Positions 21,596 through 32,460 of a DNA stretch of 64,000 bases are shown here, piece by piece. The stretch spans positions 456 through 64,455 of the forward strand of contig CAYPZE010000001.1 of assembly GCA_964415305.1 (NCBI GenBank), written 5' to 3'. Source of the stretch: an uncultured Methylotenera sp. (GTDB lineage: Bacteria > Pseudomonadota > Gammaproteobacteria > Burkholderiales > Methylophilaceae). Numbering within the stretch: the stretch's first letter is position 1; each line of letters starts with the position of its first letter. The notes beneath the pieces were generated by a model. That model made no database searches and was not told where the DNA came from. It was given only the letters and a program-made list of their open reading frames with translations. A program made the position numbers and the translations under genes.

Positions 21596-22195
21596 ATGAT
21601 GAGATTGTATTCGGGCACTGTCGATCCTTACAGTCACCGTTGCCGTATCGTATTGTTCGAAAAAGGCATGGACTTTGAGGTGATTGATGTCGACCTGACC
21701 AACAAAACTGAAGACCTGGCCATTTTGAATCCTTATGGTGAAGTGCCGGTGTTGGTAGAGCGCGACCTCGTATTGTCAGAAGCCAATATCATCAATGAAT
21801 ATATTGATGAGCGTTTTCCACATCCGCAGTTAATGCCGGCAGATCCAGTGATGCGTGCACGTGCGCGACTGTTTCTCTACAACTTTGAAAAAGACTTGTT
21901 CAGCCACATCAAGGATATCGAATCCAGTGATGCAGAAACGGCAGATAAAGCACGTAAAACGGTGCGTGATAACTTGACGCAGCTGGTGCCAATTTTCGGT
22001 AAGCAAAGTTACCTGATGGGTGATGAATACTCCATGCTTGACGTGGCGATTACGCCATTGTTATGGCGCTTGGGCCATTACGGCATTGAGTTGCCTAACC
22101 AGGCTTCGCCTTTGTTGAAGTATGCAGAACGCCTGTTCTCGCGCCCAATGTACGCTGAAGCTATGACGCCGTCTGAAAAGGCCATGCGTAAATAA
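21596..22195 (+). CDS. sspA: Stringent starvation protein A (GST fold)
   Basis: SHRCRIVLFEK, NPYGEVP, EYIDERFPHP, PLLWRL. Confidence 0.94.
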   Translation: MMRLYSGTVDPYSHRCRIVLFEKGMDFEVIDVDLTNKTEDLAILNPYGEVPVLVERDLVLSEANIINEYIDERFPHPQLMPADPVMRARARLFLYNFEKDLFSHIKDIESSDAETADKARKTVRDNLTQLVPIFGKQSYLMGDEYSMLDVAITPLLWRLGHYGIELPNQASPLLKYAERLFSRPMYAEAMTPSEKAMRK

Positions 22196-22211
22196 CGTTA
22201 GTTGTACCCAA

Positions 22212-22242
22212 GCAGCGCGAATGCCATTCGCGCTGTTTTTTT
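22212..22242 (+). terminator. Intrinsic terminator between sspA and sspB
   Basis: gcagcgcgaat-gcc-attcgcgctgt followed by T tract. Confidence 0.8.
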
Positions 22243-22254
22243 AAGGAAACTCGC

Positions 22255-22668
22255 ATGAGTGCTTTGATCCCCACTACCGCTTATCTGATACGCGCCATTC
22301 ATGAGTGGTGTGTTGATAACGGATTGACGCCACATTTACTGGTGAAAGTTGACGCCCAAACGCGTGTGCCTACTGCCTATGTGAAAAATGGCGAAATCGT
22401 ACTCAATATGAATTACACCGCCGTCAAAGACTTGCATATCGATAATGATGCGGTGGTGTTTTCTGCCCGATTCAGTGGTGTTGCGCAGCATATTTATGTG
22501 CCGATTAACCGTGTCGGCGGCGTGTTTGCCCGAGAGAATGGCCAGGGCATGTTCTTTGAAGTGGTTGATGGCCAGGCGCCTGATCCGGGAATCCGCACGG
22601 CTGCTGATGCGGACGCCGTGCCGGAAGCGCCTGCTGCTAAAAAGTCCCACCTCAAAGTTGTGAAGTAA
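22255..22668 (+). CDS. sspB: ClpXP adaptor SspB
   Basis: YLIRAIHEW, TPHL, FSARFSG, ARENGQG, C-terminal HLKVVK. Confidence 0.95.
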   Translation: MSALIPTTAYLIRAIHEWCVDNGLTPHLLVKVDAQTRVPTAYVKNGEIVLNMNYTAVKDLHIDNDAVVFSARFSGVAQHIYVPINRVGGVFARENGQGMFFEVVDGQAPDPGIRTAADADAVPEAPAAKKSHLKVVK

Positions 22669-22740
22669 TAGCGGGTGGCTTGTCATGCTTTGTGGTGTGA
22701 TTGGCCTGTGAAGATTGGTCCGATAGCCTTTTTTCAGCAA

Positions 22741-22801
22741 AAAATAAAAAATTCTTAAAAACCACTAGATTACTTCTCAAAAAAAGTGATATAGTTGCGC
22801 C
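22741..22801 (+). promoter_or_regulatory. Stable-RNA type promoter
   Basis: AT-rich UP region, extended -10 TGaTATAGT (22787-95), GC-rich discriminator tgcgcc. Confidence 0.6.
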
Positions 22802-22811
22802 TTCCTGAAAT

Positions 22812-22887
22812 GCCGGGTTAGCTCAGTTGGTAGAGCAGCGCACTTGTAATGCGAAGGTCATCAGTTCGATTCCGATACCCGGCACCA
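22812..22887 (+). tRNA. tRNA-Thr(TGT)
   Basis: Cloverleaf, anticodon loop CTTGTAA, ends CCA. Confidence 0.97.
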
Positions 22888-22949
22888 AATTTATGCTTGC
22901 TGACATTGACGTCAGCGGCATTAACCGCGATAATCGCGGTCGATTTTTT

Positions 22950-23034
22950 GGAGAGGTGGCCGAGTGGTTAAAGGCGACGGACTGTAAATCCGTTCTCTCT
23001 GAGTACGCTGGTTCGAATCCAGCCCTCTCCACCA
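22950..23034 (+). tRNA. tRNA-Tyr(GTA)
   Basis: Anticodon loop CTGTAAA, long variable arm, ends CCA. Confidence 0.97.
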
Positions 23035-23104
23035 AAAAATGATTGCCTGTAGGTATTGCTGTAAAGCGGGTCGGTGAGAACCCTCCTTGGGTGTTCTGCA
23101 TAGT

Positions 23105-23180
23105 GCGGGTGTAGCTCAGTTGGTAGAGCACTTGCCTTCCAAGCAAGATGTCGCGAGTTCGAACCTCGTCGCCCGCTCCA
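23105..23180 (+). tRNA. tRNA-Gly(TCC)
   Basis: cttgc-CTTCCAA-gcaag anticodon arm, ends CCA. Confidence 0.97.
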
Positions 23181-23200
23181 ACAATAACAATAGGCAAAAC

Positions 23201-23275
<75 letters not shown>

Positions 23276-23397
23276 GATTTGCTCTGTAAATCTACGGGGC
23301 TTGGTAAGTAGTCGCGTGCAAGGGTGCTGTCATCCGTGTCGCATAATTTGTGAAAACAATTATTGGCTTTATTTAGTACTAATAAAGGAAAAACATC

Positions 23398-24588
23398 ATG
23401 GCAAAAGGCAAATTTGAACGTACCAAGCCACACGTGAACGTTGGTACGATTGGTCACGTTGACCACGGTAAGACGACATTGACAGCGGCGATCACCACTG
23501 TATTGACGAAGAAATTTGGCGGTGAAGCAAAAGCTTACGACCAAATTGACGCTGCACCAGAAGAAAAAGCGCGTGGTATTACGATTAACACAGCCCACGT
23601 TGAGTACGAGACAGCCACCCGTCACTACGCACACGTTGACTGTCCAGGTCACGCTGACTACGTTAAAAACATGATTACCGGTGCTGCTCAGATGGACGGC
23701 GCGATCTTGGTATGTTCTGCTGCTGACGGCCCAATGCCACAAACACGTGAGCACATCCTGTTGGCCCGCCAGGTTGGTGTTCCATACATCGTTGTGTTCC
23801 TGAACAAAGCCGACATGGTTGACGATGCTGAGTTGTTGGAGCTGGTAGAGATGGAAGTGCGTGACTTGCTGAGCAAGTATGACTTCCCAGGTGATGACAC
23901 CCCAATCGTTCACGGTTCAGCTAAATTGGCGCTGGAAGGCGACCAATCAGACATCGGCGAACCAGCCATTTTCAAATTGGCTGACGCGTTGGACAGCTAC
24001 ATCCCAACTCCAGAGCGCGCAATCGACGGCGCATTCCTGATGCCAGTAGAAGACGTATTCTCTATTTCTGGTCGTGGTACTGTGGTGACTGGCCGTATTG
24101 AGCGTGGTATCGTTAAAGTCGGCGACGAAATTGAAATCGTTGGTATCAAGCCAACTTTGAAAACCACCTGTACTGGTGTTGAAATGTTCCGTAAACTGCT
24201 GGACCAAGGTCAAGCAGGCGACAACGTAGGCGTATTGCTGCGTGGTACTAAGCGTGAAGAAGTTGAGCGTGGTCAAGTATTGTCCAAATCAGGTTCTATC
24301 AAGCCACACACCAAGTTCACAGCAGAGATCTACGTGTTGGGTAAAGATGAAGGTGGTCGTCATACCCCATTCTTCAACGGCTACCGTCCACAGTTCTACT
24401 TCCGTACGACTGACGTAACTGGTGCAGTTGAATTGCCAGCAGGTACCGAAATGGTGATGCCAGGTGACAACGTATCAATCTCAGTGGCGCTGATCGCTCC
24501 AATCGCGATGGAAGAAGGCTTGCGCTTCGCTATCCGTGAAGGTGGTCGTACCGTTGGTGCTGGCGTCGTTGCCAAAATCATCGAGTAA
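23398..24588 (+). CDS. tuf: Elongation factor Tu (copy 1)
   Basis: [17 protein letters not shown]. Confidence 0.99.
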   Translation: MAKGKFERTKPHVNVGTIGHVDHGKTTLTAAITTVLTKKFGGEAKAYDQIDAAPEEKARGITINTAHVEYETATRHYAHVDCPGHADYVKNMITGAAQMDGAILVCSAADGPMPQTREHILLARQVGVPYIVVFLNKADMVDDAELLELVEMEVRDLLSKYDFPGDDTPIVHGSAKLALEGDQSDIGEPAIFKLADALDSYIPTPERAIDGAFLMPVEDVFSISGRGTVVTGRIERGIVKVGDEIEIVGIKPTLKTTCTGVEMFRKLLDQGQAGDNVGVLLRGTKREEVERGQVLSKSGSIKPHTKFTAEIYVLGKDEGGRHTPFFNGYRPQFYFRTTDVTGAVELPAGTEMVMPGDNVSISVALIAPIAMEEGLRFAIREGGRTVGAGVVAKIIE

Positions 24589-24645
24589 TAGTTGATGACG
24601 TGAAAGCTGCGCTACAACCCGTGCAGCTTTCGCTTTAAAGAGTAC

Positions 24646-24721
24646 AGGCCAATAGCTCAATTGGTAGAGTATCGGTCTCCAAAACCGAGGGTTGGGGGTT
24701 CGAGACCCTCTTGGCCTGCCA
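24646..24721 (+). tRNA. tRNA-Trp(CCA)
   Basis: Anticodon loop CTCCAAA, ends CCA, conserved tuf-Trp-secE position. Confidence 0.96.
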
Positions 24722-24764
24722 AACACCCAGAATAAACTGTGGTGTTCACTATAAAGTTAAGGTT

Positions 24765-25112
24765 ATGATCGATAAAATCAAACTGGCTTTATCCCTGTTG
24801 TTACTAGCTTTAGGGATCGCCGGTTTTTATCTTTTTGAAGATAAAGCAATGGTTATCAGGATACTTGCCGTTTTGGCAGGTATTGTTGCGTCTGTCGCAG
24901 TGGCGTGGACTGCGCCACAAGGCAAGCAGGCGCTAGGCTTTTTTAATGAATCTGTTGCGGAAGCCAAGCGAGTTGTCTGGCCAACGCGTCAGGAAACACT
25001 GCAAACTACGCTGGCGGTTGTTGTGCTGGTCGTGATTATGGCAGCGTTCCTGGCGTTGGTAGATATCAGCTTCGCCTACATGGTGCAATGGATTATGGGT
25101 AAAGGAGCTTAA
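24765..25112 (+). CDS. secE: Preprotein translocase SecE
   Basis: [13 protein letters not shown], three TM segments; ATG at 24765. Confidence 0.94.
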   Translation: MIDKIKLALSLLLLALGIAGFYLFEDKAMVIRILAVLAGIVASVAVAWTAPQGKQALGFFNESVAEAKRVVWPTRQETLQTTLAVVVLVVIMAAFLALVDISFAYMVQWIMGKGA

Positions 25113-25648
25113 TGTCTATGCGTTGGTATGCAGTTCAAGCTTTCTCCGGCATGGAAAAATCCGTGAAAGCCGGTTTGGAAGAGCGCATCATCAGATCTAA
25201 TTTGCAAGATCAGTTCGGTGACATTTTGGTGCCTGTGGAAGAAGTCGTGGAGCTGAAAAATGGTCAGAAGACTATTTCTGAGCGCCGCCTGTATCCTGGC
25301 TACGTGCTGGTGCAGATGGAAATGACCGATGAAAGCTGGCACCTGGTGAGAAGTACGCCAAGAGTGACCTCGTTCATCGGTGGTACTGCGCAGCGTCCTA
25401 CCCCAATTAAAGACAAAGAAGTAGAAATTATTCTGCGCCGTATGGATGACAGCAAGTCAAACCCAACGCAGAAAATGACGTTTGAAAAGGGCGAGAGCGT
25501 ACGCGTGATCGACGGCCCATTCAAAGACTTCTCTGGTAGCGTCGAAGAAGTCAATTACGATAAAAACAAACTGCGTGTTTCTGTGGTGATTTTTGGTCGT
25601 GCGACACCAGTGGAACTGGATTTTGCACAGGTAGAAAAAGAAGTCTAG
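25112..25648 (+). CDS. nusG: Transcription factor NusG
   Basis: [30 protein letters not shown]. Confidence 0.97.
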   Translation: MSMRWYAVQAFSGMEKSVKAGLEERIIRSNLQDQFGDILVPVEEVVELKNGQKTISERRLYPGYVLVQMEMTDESWHLVRSTPRVTSFIGGTAQRPTPIKDKEVEIILRRMDDSKSNPTQKMTFEKGESVRVIDGPFKDFSGSVEEVNYDKNKLRVSVVIFGRATPVELDFAQVEKEV

Positions 25649-25691
25649 TTGTGTATTGGTCGGCTGCCGAGAAGGGTAGTCGATATTTTTA

Positions 25692-25722
25692 ACGGGGAGC
25701 CTTCACAGGCGTTATTACCCAT
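25692..25722 (+). promoter_or_regulatory. Probable L1-binding leader of rplK-rplA
   Basis: ggggagcc-ttcaca-ggcgttattaccc hairpin with a GGGAG internal loop just before the rplK SD. Confidence 0.6.
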
Positions 25723-25736
25723 TTTAGGAGTTAGAC

Positions 25737-26168
25737 ATGGCAAAGAAAGTCATTGGCTACATTAAGCTGCAGATCCCTGCAGGTAAAGCCAACCCAAGCC
25801 CACCAGTTGGTCCAGCACTGGGTCAACGTGGTTTGAACATCATGGAATTCTGTAAGGCGTTTAACGCTGCAACGCAAGGTGTAGAGCCAGGCTTGCCAAT
25901 TCCAGTGGTGATTACTGCTTTTGCAGACAAGAGCTTCACATTTGTGATGAAAACGCCACCGGCGACTATTCTGATCAAGAAAGCTGCAAAACTGGAAAAA
26001 GGTTCTGCCCGTCCTCATACAGACAAAGTTGGCAAGATTACTCGCGCACAAGCTGAAGAAATCGCCAAAACAAAACAGCCTGACTTGACGGCTGCTGACC
26101 TGGATGCCGCTGTGCGTACCATTGCTGGTAGCGCACGCAGCATGGGTATCGAAGTGGAGGGTGTATAA
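25737..26168 (+). CDS. rplK: 50S protein L11
   Basis: [13 protein letters not shown]. Confidence 0.98.
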   Translation: MAKKVIGYIKLQIPAGKANPSPPVGPALGQRGLNIMEFCKAFNAATQGVEPGLPIPVVITAFADKSFTFVMKTPPATILIKKAAKLEKGSARPHTDKVGKITRAQAEEIAKTKQPDLTAADLDAAVRTIAGSARSMGIEVEGV

Positions 26169-26169
26169 C

Positions 26170-26856
26170 ATGGCTAAAAGAATTGATGCATTGCGTGCGA
26201 AAATCGACCGCAACAAATTGTACCCAGTCACTGAGGCCCTTAGCCTGGTTAAAGAAGGCGCAAATGCCAAATTTAACGAGTCTGTAGATGCTGTGATTAA
26301 CCTGGGTATTGACCCACGTAAATCTGACCAGTTGGTTCGTGGCGCAATCGTATTGCCTAATGGTACTGGTAAAACAACGCGTGTGGCTGTATTTGCACAA
26401 GGTGCGCAAGCTGAAGCTGCTAAAGCAGCGGGTGCTGACATCGTTGGTTTCGAAGACCTGGCTGAACAAGTAAAAGGCGGCATGCTGGACTTTGACGTGG
26501 CGATTGCTACGCCAGACGCAATGCGTATCGTTGGTGCCTTGGGTCAAGTATTGGGTCCACGTGGTTTGATGCCAAACCCAAAAGTGGGTACCGTGACTCC
26601 AGATGCAGCCACTGCTGTTAAAAACGCCAAAGCGGGTCAAGTACAATACCGTACTGACAAAGGTGGTATCGTGCATTGCACGATTGGCCGTGCTTCTTTC
26701 ACCACTGAGCAATTGCAAGGTAACTTGTCTGCGTTGGTTGATGCATTGAACAAAGCCAAGCCAACCAGCTCTAAAGGCGTCTATCTGAAGAAATTGTCCG
26801 TTTCCAGCACCATGGGTCCTGGCGTACGTGTCGATCAAGCATCAGTCGTTGCATAA
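26170..26856 (+). CDS. rplA: 50S protein L1
   Basis: [25 protein letters not shown]; ATG at 26170. Confidence 0.98.
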   Translation: MAKRIDALRAKIDRNKLYPVTEALSLVKEGANAKFNESVDAVINLGIDPRKSDQLVRGAIVLPNGTGKTTRVAVFAQGAQAEAAKAAGADIVGFEDLAEQVKGGMLDFDVAIATPDAMRIVGALGQVLGPRGLMPNPKVGTVTPDAATAVKNAKAGQVQYRTDKGGIVHCTIGRASFTTEQLQGNLSALVDALNKAKPTSSKGVYLKKLSVSSTMGPGVRVDQASVVA

Positions 26857-26938
26857 ATTAAAGCCCCTGGCTCAATCAGCCAGGGCAAATAACTTTGGGC
26901 TTGAGTGTTTGTGCAGTCTGGCGAGTACTCAAGAGCAT

Positions 26939-27075
26939 CAAAGACCGTTGGTGTAACACTTAATTGATAATTGAATGTAAATGGGCGAGCAATCCTCTGT
27001 TTGCAGCAATTTGAAACCAACGCAGATGGCGATCCCCAACACAGGATATATCCATGCCCTGAACAAGGACGCCGT
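26939..27075 (+). ncRNA. L10 leader (cis-regulatory)
   Basis: AAGACCGTTGG...CCAACGCAGATGG pairing typical of the L10 leader, upstream of rplJ. Confidence 0.7.
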
Positions 27076-27124
27076 GAGTGGCTTGATGAAAATCGAGCTT
27101 TCATTAACGGAAGGAGAACAGACC

Positions 27125-27622
27125 TTGAGTCTTAATCTTACAGAGAAAAAAGAAGTCGTTGCCGAGGTAGCTGCCCAAGTGGCAAATGCACAGTCAATCG
27201 TACTTGCTGAGTATCGTGGTATTGGCGTTGCCAATATGACGAAACTACGTGCAGATGCGCGTGATGCAGGTGTTTACCTGCGTGTGTTGAAAAATACCTT
27301 GGTTCGTCGTGCAGTAGAAGGTACGCCTTTTGCCGCATTGGCTGACGACATGGTTGGTCCACTGGTATACGGTATTTCTACCGATGCTGTGGCTGCCGCT
27401 AAAGTGATGAACAACTTTGCCAAAGGCAATGACCTGTTCAAGCTGGTAGCGGGCGCGATGCCTAATGAGCGTTTAGATGCTGCCGGCGTGCAAGCATTGG
27501 CCGCCACATTGAGCCGCGAAGAGTTGCTGTCCAAACTGGCTGGCACGCTCAACGAAATCCCAACCAAGTTTGCTCGTGCCGTTGCAGCAGTACGCGACGA
27601 AAAAGAAAAGCAAGCGGCTTAA
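27125..27622 (+). CDS. rplJ: 50S protein L10
   Basis: EYRG, VLKNTL; TTG at 27125 after AAGGAG. Confidence 0.96.
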   Translation: MSLNLTEKKEVVAEVAAQVANAQSIVLAEYRGIGVANMTKLRADARDAGVYLRVLKNTLVRRAVEGTPFAALADDMVGPLVYGISTDAVAAAKVMNNFAKGNDLFKLVAGAMPNERLDAAGVQALAATLSREELLSKLAGTLNEIPTKFARAVAAVRDEKEKQAA

Positions 27623-27656
27623 TTTTTAATCAAATCAATTTTAGGAAATTATTATC

Positions 27657-28034
27657 ATGGCAATTTCAAATGCTGACATCTTAGATGCAATCGGTAGCAT
27701 GACCGTATTGGAACTGACTGCATTCGTTAAAGAAATCGAAGAGAAATTTGGTGTTTCTGCTGCTGCTGTTGCAGTTGCTGGTGGCGCTGCTGCTGGTGGC
27801 GCTGCTCCTGCAGCTGCTGAGCAAACTGAGTTCAACGTGATCTTGAACAGCGCTGGCGACAACAAAGTGAGCGTGATTAAAGCTGTTCGTGAGTTGACAG
27901 GTCTGGGCTTGAAAGAAGCTAAAGACGTTGTTGACGGTGCACCAAAAGCAGTTAAAGAAGGCGTAAGCAAAGCTGACGCTGAAGCTGCTGTTAAGAAATT
28001 GATCGAAGCGGGCGCGACTGCTGAGATGAAATAA
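27657..28034 (+). CDS. rplL: 50S protein L7/L12
   Basis: [24 protein letters not shown]. Confidence 0.98.
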   Translation: MAISNADILDAIGSMTVLELTAFVKEIEEKFGVSAAAVAVAGGAAAGGAAPAAAEQTEFNVILNSAGDNKVSVIKAVRELTGLGLKEAKDVVDGAPKAVKEGVSKADAEAAVKKLIEAGATAEMK

Positions 28035-28263
28035 TTCACAATTGTGAATCTGGCTGGGCTGACGGGAGACCGTCGGCCTTCGCCATTTCTGGCGTAGGCA
28101 GATTGCTTGACTGCTGATTACCCAGAAAAAATGTTGTAAATCCGGTGTTGTGGCCACAGTTAGTTAAACTAAGTGGTTGATTTTTAATCGAAGTTAGATG
28201 TCAAAACATTGCAGTGGATGAAAAGTGTTTTGTCTTCTACCCTCAAAAATTTCAGGAGACGCT

Positions 28264-31200
28264 ATGAGCTATTCCTTTACCGAAAAGAAACGCATCCGCA
28301 AAAGCTTTGCCAAGCGCGACAGTGTTCAAGAGGTACCTTACCTGCTAGCCATGCAGTTGGAATCCTACAAATCATTCCTGCAGGAAAACGTTCCATTAGA
28401 CCAACGTAAAAACGAAGGTTTGGAATCGACTTTCCGTTCCATTTTCCCGATTGTCAGCCATTCTGAGAATGCACGTCTGGATTATGTGAGCTATCAATTA
28501 GGCGCAGAGCCATTTGATGTCAAAGAGTGTCAACAACGTGGTCTGACCTATGCCGTTCCTTTGCGTGTCAAAGTGCGTCTGACCATCATGGACCGTGAAG
28601 CGTCCAAACCAACCGTTAAAGAAGTCAAAGAGCAAGAAGTGTATATGGGTGAATTGCCACTCATGACCGAAAATGGTTCTTTCGTAATCAACGGTACAGA
28701 GCGTGTGATTGTGTCGCAATTGCATCGCAGCCCAGGCGTGTTCTTTGAGCATGACCGTGGTAAAACCCACAGCTCCGGCAAGTTGCTGTTCTCAGCCCGT
28801 ATTATTCCTTACCGTGGTTCCTGGCTGGATTTCGAATTCGATCCAAAAGACTACCTGTACTTCCGCGTTGACCGTCGTCGCAAGATGCCTGTCACTATTT
28901 TGCTTAAAGCACTGGGTTACAACCCAGAGCAAATCCTGGAAACATTCCACGATACAGACACTTTCCACATTGGCCCTAAAGGCGTGGAATTTACTTTGGT
29001 GGCTGACCGTCTGCGTGGCGAGGTGGCTAAGTTTGATATTGCCGATAAAGATGGCAATGTGCTGGTTGCGAAAGACAAGCGCATTACCGTTAAACACATC
29101 CGTGACATCGAAAAAGCCGGCGTGAAAACCATGGCTGTGCCGACCGATTTCATGATGGGCAGAGCTGTTGCTAAAAATATCATCGATACTGAGACTGGCG
29201 AGTTGATTGCCAATGCCAACGATGAAATCACGCCTTCATTGCTGGAAAAACTGGTCGCGGCCAAGATCTCTGAAATCGACACGATTTACACCAACGATCT
29301 GGATCACGGTAACTTCATTTCGCAAACCTTGCGCAGTGATGAAATCCCTGACCAATACAGTGCGCGTGTAGCGATTTACCGCATGATGCGACCAGGCGAA
29401 CCACCAACCGAAGAAGCCGTAGAAGCATTGTTTAAAGGCTTGTTCTTCACAGAAGATCGTTATGACCTGTCTGTGGTGGGCCGTATGAAGTTTAACCGCC
29501 GTGCTTACCCAAGCAAGCTGGAAGAGCGTACTGCCACCTGGATGCGTCGTTTCTATGAAAACGTCGGCCCACAAGGCGATACCGGTGCCAATGTATTGTC
29601 TAACGAAGACATCCTGGCCGTGATTGGTGTGTTGATCGAGTTGCGCAATGGTCGCGGCGAAATCGACGATATCGATCACCTGGGTAACCGTCGTATCCGT
29701 TCCGTGGGTGAATTGGCAGAGAACCAGTTCCGTGCTGGTTTGGTGCGTGTTGAGCGTGCAGTGAAAGAACGTCTGTCTCAGGCTGAGTCTGAGAACCTGA
29801 TGCCGCACGACTTGATCAACGCGAAACCAGTGTCCAGCGCGATCCGTGAATTCTTTGGTTCCAGCCAGTTGTCACAGTTTATGGACCAAACCAACCCATT
29901 GTCCGAGATTACGCACAAGCGTCGTATTTCTGCGCTGGGCCCAGGCGGTCTGACTCGTGAACGTGCGGGTTTTGAGGTACGTGACGTACATACGACCCAC
30001 TACGGCCGTGTATGCCCAATTGAAACCCCGGAAGGTCCAAACATTGGTTTGATCAACTCATTGGCGCTGTACGCACGCACCAATGAATACGGTTTCCTGG
30101 AAACTCCTTACCGTTTGGTTGAAGACAATAAGGTCTCGGGCAAGATTGATTACCTGTCTGCAATTGAAGAGAGCCAGTATGTGATTGCACAGGCCAACAC
30201 CGAAGTGTCTAAAGAAGGTGGCTTCAAAGAAGACCTGGTGTCAGCGCGTTTCCATAACGAATTTACCATGACGCAACCGGGTCGCGTACAGTACATGGAC
30301 GTGGCCCCAGGCCAGATCGTGTCTGTAGCGGCTTCGCTGATTCCGTTCCTGGAACACGATGACGCGAACCGCGCATTGATGGGTGCCAACATGCAACGTC
30401 AAGCGGTGCCATGTCTGCGTGCTGAAAAAGCCGTGGTGGGTACAGGCATTGAGCGTACGGTAGCGGTTGACTCCGGTACTGTCGTGACTGCCCGTCGTGG
30501 TGGTGTGGTTGACTATGTCGACTCAGGCCGTATCGTGGTCCGCGTGCATGATGTGGAAGCATTGGCAGGCGAAGTCGGTGTGGACATCTACAACCTGACC
30601 AAATACACACGTTCTAACCAGAACACCAACATCAACCAGCGTCCGCTGGTCAAGGTTGGCGACATCATCTCCCGCGGCGACGTGGTAGCGGATGGCGCAT
30701 CTACAGACATGGGTGAATTGGCGCTGGGCCAGAACATGCTGGTAGGCTTCATGCCATGGAACGGTTATAACTACGAAGACTCGATCTTGATCTCCGAGCG
30801 CGTGGTGGCTGATGACCGTTACACGTCTATCCATATTGAAGAACTGTCAGTGGTTGCACGTGACACTAAACTGGGACCTGAAGAGATTACCCGTGATATT
30901 TCCAACCTGTCCGAGCGTATGCTGGGCCGTCTGGATGACTCCGGTATTATCTACATTGGTGCTGAAGTTGAGGCTGGTGACGTGTTGGTGGGTAAAGTGA
31001 CACCAAAAGGTGAAACCACTTTAACGCCAGAAGAAAAATTGCTGCGCGCCATTTTCGGTGAAAAAGCGTCTGATGTAAAAGACACTTCACTGCGCGTGCC
31101 ATCAGGCATGACCGGTACCGTGATTGACGTACAAGTCTTTACGCGGGAAGGCATAGACCGTGATACACGTGCACAGCAGATTATTGACGACCAGTTGTCT

Positions 31201-32436
31201 CACTACAAAAAAGATCTGGGTGACCAGATGCGTATTGTAGAAGACGATACCTTTGGCCGTATCAGCCGCTTGCTGGCTGGTAAAGTGGCGACCGGTGGTC
31301 CGAACAAACTGAAAAAAGGTGACACGCTGAACCAGGAGTACCTGGAGAGCGTTGGCCGTTATGACTGGTTTGATATTCGCTTGAGCGATGAAGAAGCCGC
31401 ACGCCAACTGGAGCAACTGAAAGACAGCTTGAGCCAGGCACGTGTTGAGTTCGACAATAAGTTCGAAGAGAAGAAACGCAAACTGACGCAAGGTGACGAA
31501 TTGCCACCAGGCGTACAGAAAATGGTGAAAGTATATCTGGCGGTCAAACGTCGTATTCAACCAGGTGACAAGATGGCGGGTCGTCACGGTAACAAGGGTG
31601 TGATCTCCAAGATTTGCCCGGTTGAAGATATGCCGCACATGGCTGACGGTACACCGTTAGACATCGTGTTGAACCCACTGGGCGTGCCTTCACGGATGAA
31701 CATCGGCCAGATTCTGGAAACCCACTTGGGTTGGGCAGCTAAAGGCTTGGGCAAACGCCTGGGCGATATGTTGCAAGCTGAAGCCAAAGTAGCTGAGATT
31801 CGTGGCTTCCTGGACAAGATCTACAACAGCAGCACAGGCAAGAAAGAAGACATTGCTGGCCTGACTGACGTCGAAGTGATCGATTTGGCAACCAACCTGA
31901 AACACGGTGTGCCATTTGCAACGCCAGTGTTTGACGGTGCTGCTGAGTCTGACATTCGCGCCATGCTGGATCTGGCGTTCCCAGATGACGACGAACACAC
32001 CAAGAAATTGCAGTTCCATGCAGGTAAAACACAGGTCAAACTGTTTGACGGCCGCACTGGCGATGCCTTTGAGCGTCCAGTCACCGTTGGTTACATGCAC
32101 GTACTGAAACTGCACCACTTGGTCGACGACAAGATGCACGCACGTTCTACCGGTCCTTACAGCCTGGTGACACAACAGCCGTTGGGTGGTAAAGCCCAGT
32201 TCGGTGGCCAGCGCTTCGGTGAGATGGAAGTTTGGGCACTGGAAGCGTATGGTGCGTCATACACCTTGCAAGAGATGTTGACAGTGAAATCAGATGACGT
32301 GAATGGCCGTACCAAAGTGTACGAAAACATCGTCAAAGGTGAGCACAAAATTGATGCGGGTATGCCTGAATCATTCAACGTGTTAGTGAAAGAAATCCGT
32401 TCACTTGCGATTGATATTGATTTGGACCGTAACTAA
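28264..32436 (+). CDS. rpoB: RNA polymerase beta subunit
   Basis: [28 protein letters not shown]; ATG at 28264 after AGGAG. Confidence 0.99.
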   Translation: MSYSFTEKKRIRKSFAKRDSVQEVPYLLAMQLESYKSFLQENVPLDQRKNEGLESTFRSIFPIVSHSENARLDYVSYQLGAEPFDVKECQQRGLTYAVPLRVKVRLTIMDREASKPTVKEVKEQEVYMGELPLMTENGSFVINGTERVIVSQLHRSPGVFFEHDRGKTHSSGKLLFSARIIPYRGSWLDFEFDPKDYLYFRVDRRRKMPVTILLKALGYNPEQILETFHDTDTFHIGPKGVEFTLVADRLRGEVAKFDIADKDGNVLVAKDKRITVKHIRDIEKAGVKTMAVPTDFMMGRAVAKNIIDTETGELIANANDEITPSLLEKLVAAKISEIDTIYTNDLDHGNFISQTLRSDEIPDQYSARVAIYRMMRPGEPPTEEAVEALFKGLFFTEDRYDLSVVGRMKFNRRAYPSKLEERTATWMRRFYENVGPQGDTGANVLSNEDILAVIGVLIELRNGRGEIDDIDHLGNRRIRSVGELAENQFRAGLVRVERAVKERLSQAESENLMPHDLINAKPVSSAIREFFGSSQLSQFMDQTNPLSEITHKRRISALGPGGLTRERAGFEVRDVHTTHYGRVCPIETPEGPNIGLINSLALYARTNEYGFLETPYRLVEDNKVSGKIDYLSAIEESQYVIAQANTEVSKEGGFKEDLVSARFHNEFTMTQPGRVQYMDVAPGQIVSVAASLIPFLEHDDANRALMGANMQRQAVPCLRAEKAVVGTGIERTVAVDSGTVVTARRGGVVDYVDSGRIVVRVHDVEALAGEVGVDIYNLTKYTRSNQNTNINQRPLVKVGDIISRGDVVADGASTDMGELALGQNMLVGFMPWNGYNYEDSILISERVVADDRYTSIHIEELSVVARDTKLGPEEITRDISNLSERMLGRLDDSGIIYIGAEVEAGDVLVGKVTPKGETTLTPEEKLLRAIFGEKASDVKDTSLRVPSGMTGTVIDVQVFTREGIDRDTRAQQIIDDQLSHYKKDLGDQMRIVEDDTFGRISRLLAGKVATGGPNKLKKGDTLNQEYLESVGRYDWFDIRLSDEEAARQLEQLKDSLSQARVEFDNKFEEKKRKLTQGDELPPGVQKMVKVYLAVKRRIQPGDKMAGRHGNKGVISKICPVEDMPHMADGTPLDIVLNPLGVPSRMNIGQILETHLGWAAKGLGKRLGDMLQAEAKVAEIRGFLDKIYNSSTGKKEDIAGLTDVEVIDLATNLKHGVPFATPVFDGAAESDIRAMLDLAFPDDDEHTKKLQFHAGKTQVKLFDGRTGDAFERPVTVGYMHVLKLHHLVDDKMHARSTGPYSLVTQQPLGGKAQFGGQRFGEMEVWALEAYGASYTLQEMLTVKSDDVNGRTKVYENIVKGEHKIDAGMPESFNVLVKEIRSLAIDIDLDRN

Positions 32437-32460
32437 GCCCCGCCATTAAGGAGAGTCTCT

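Noticed and set aside
22860-22876. A-C mismatch in the T-stem of tRNA-Thr(UGU)
   Set aside because: The same mismatch occurs in E. coli thrU as I recall it; not a sign of a pseudogene.
22896-22942. Small hairpins in tRNA spacers (e.g. accgcgataatcgcggt)
   Set aside because: Typical spacer structures; not repeated and not CRISPR-like.
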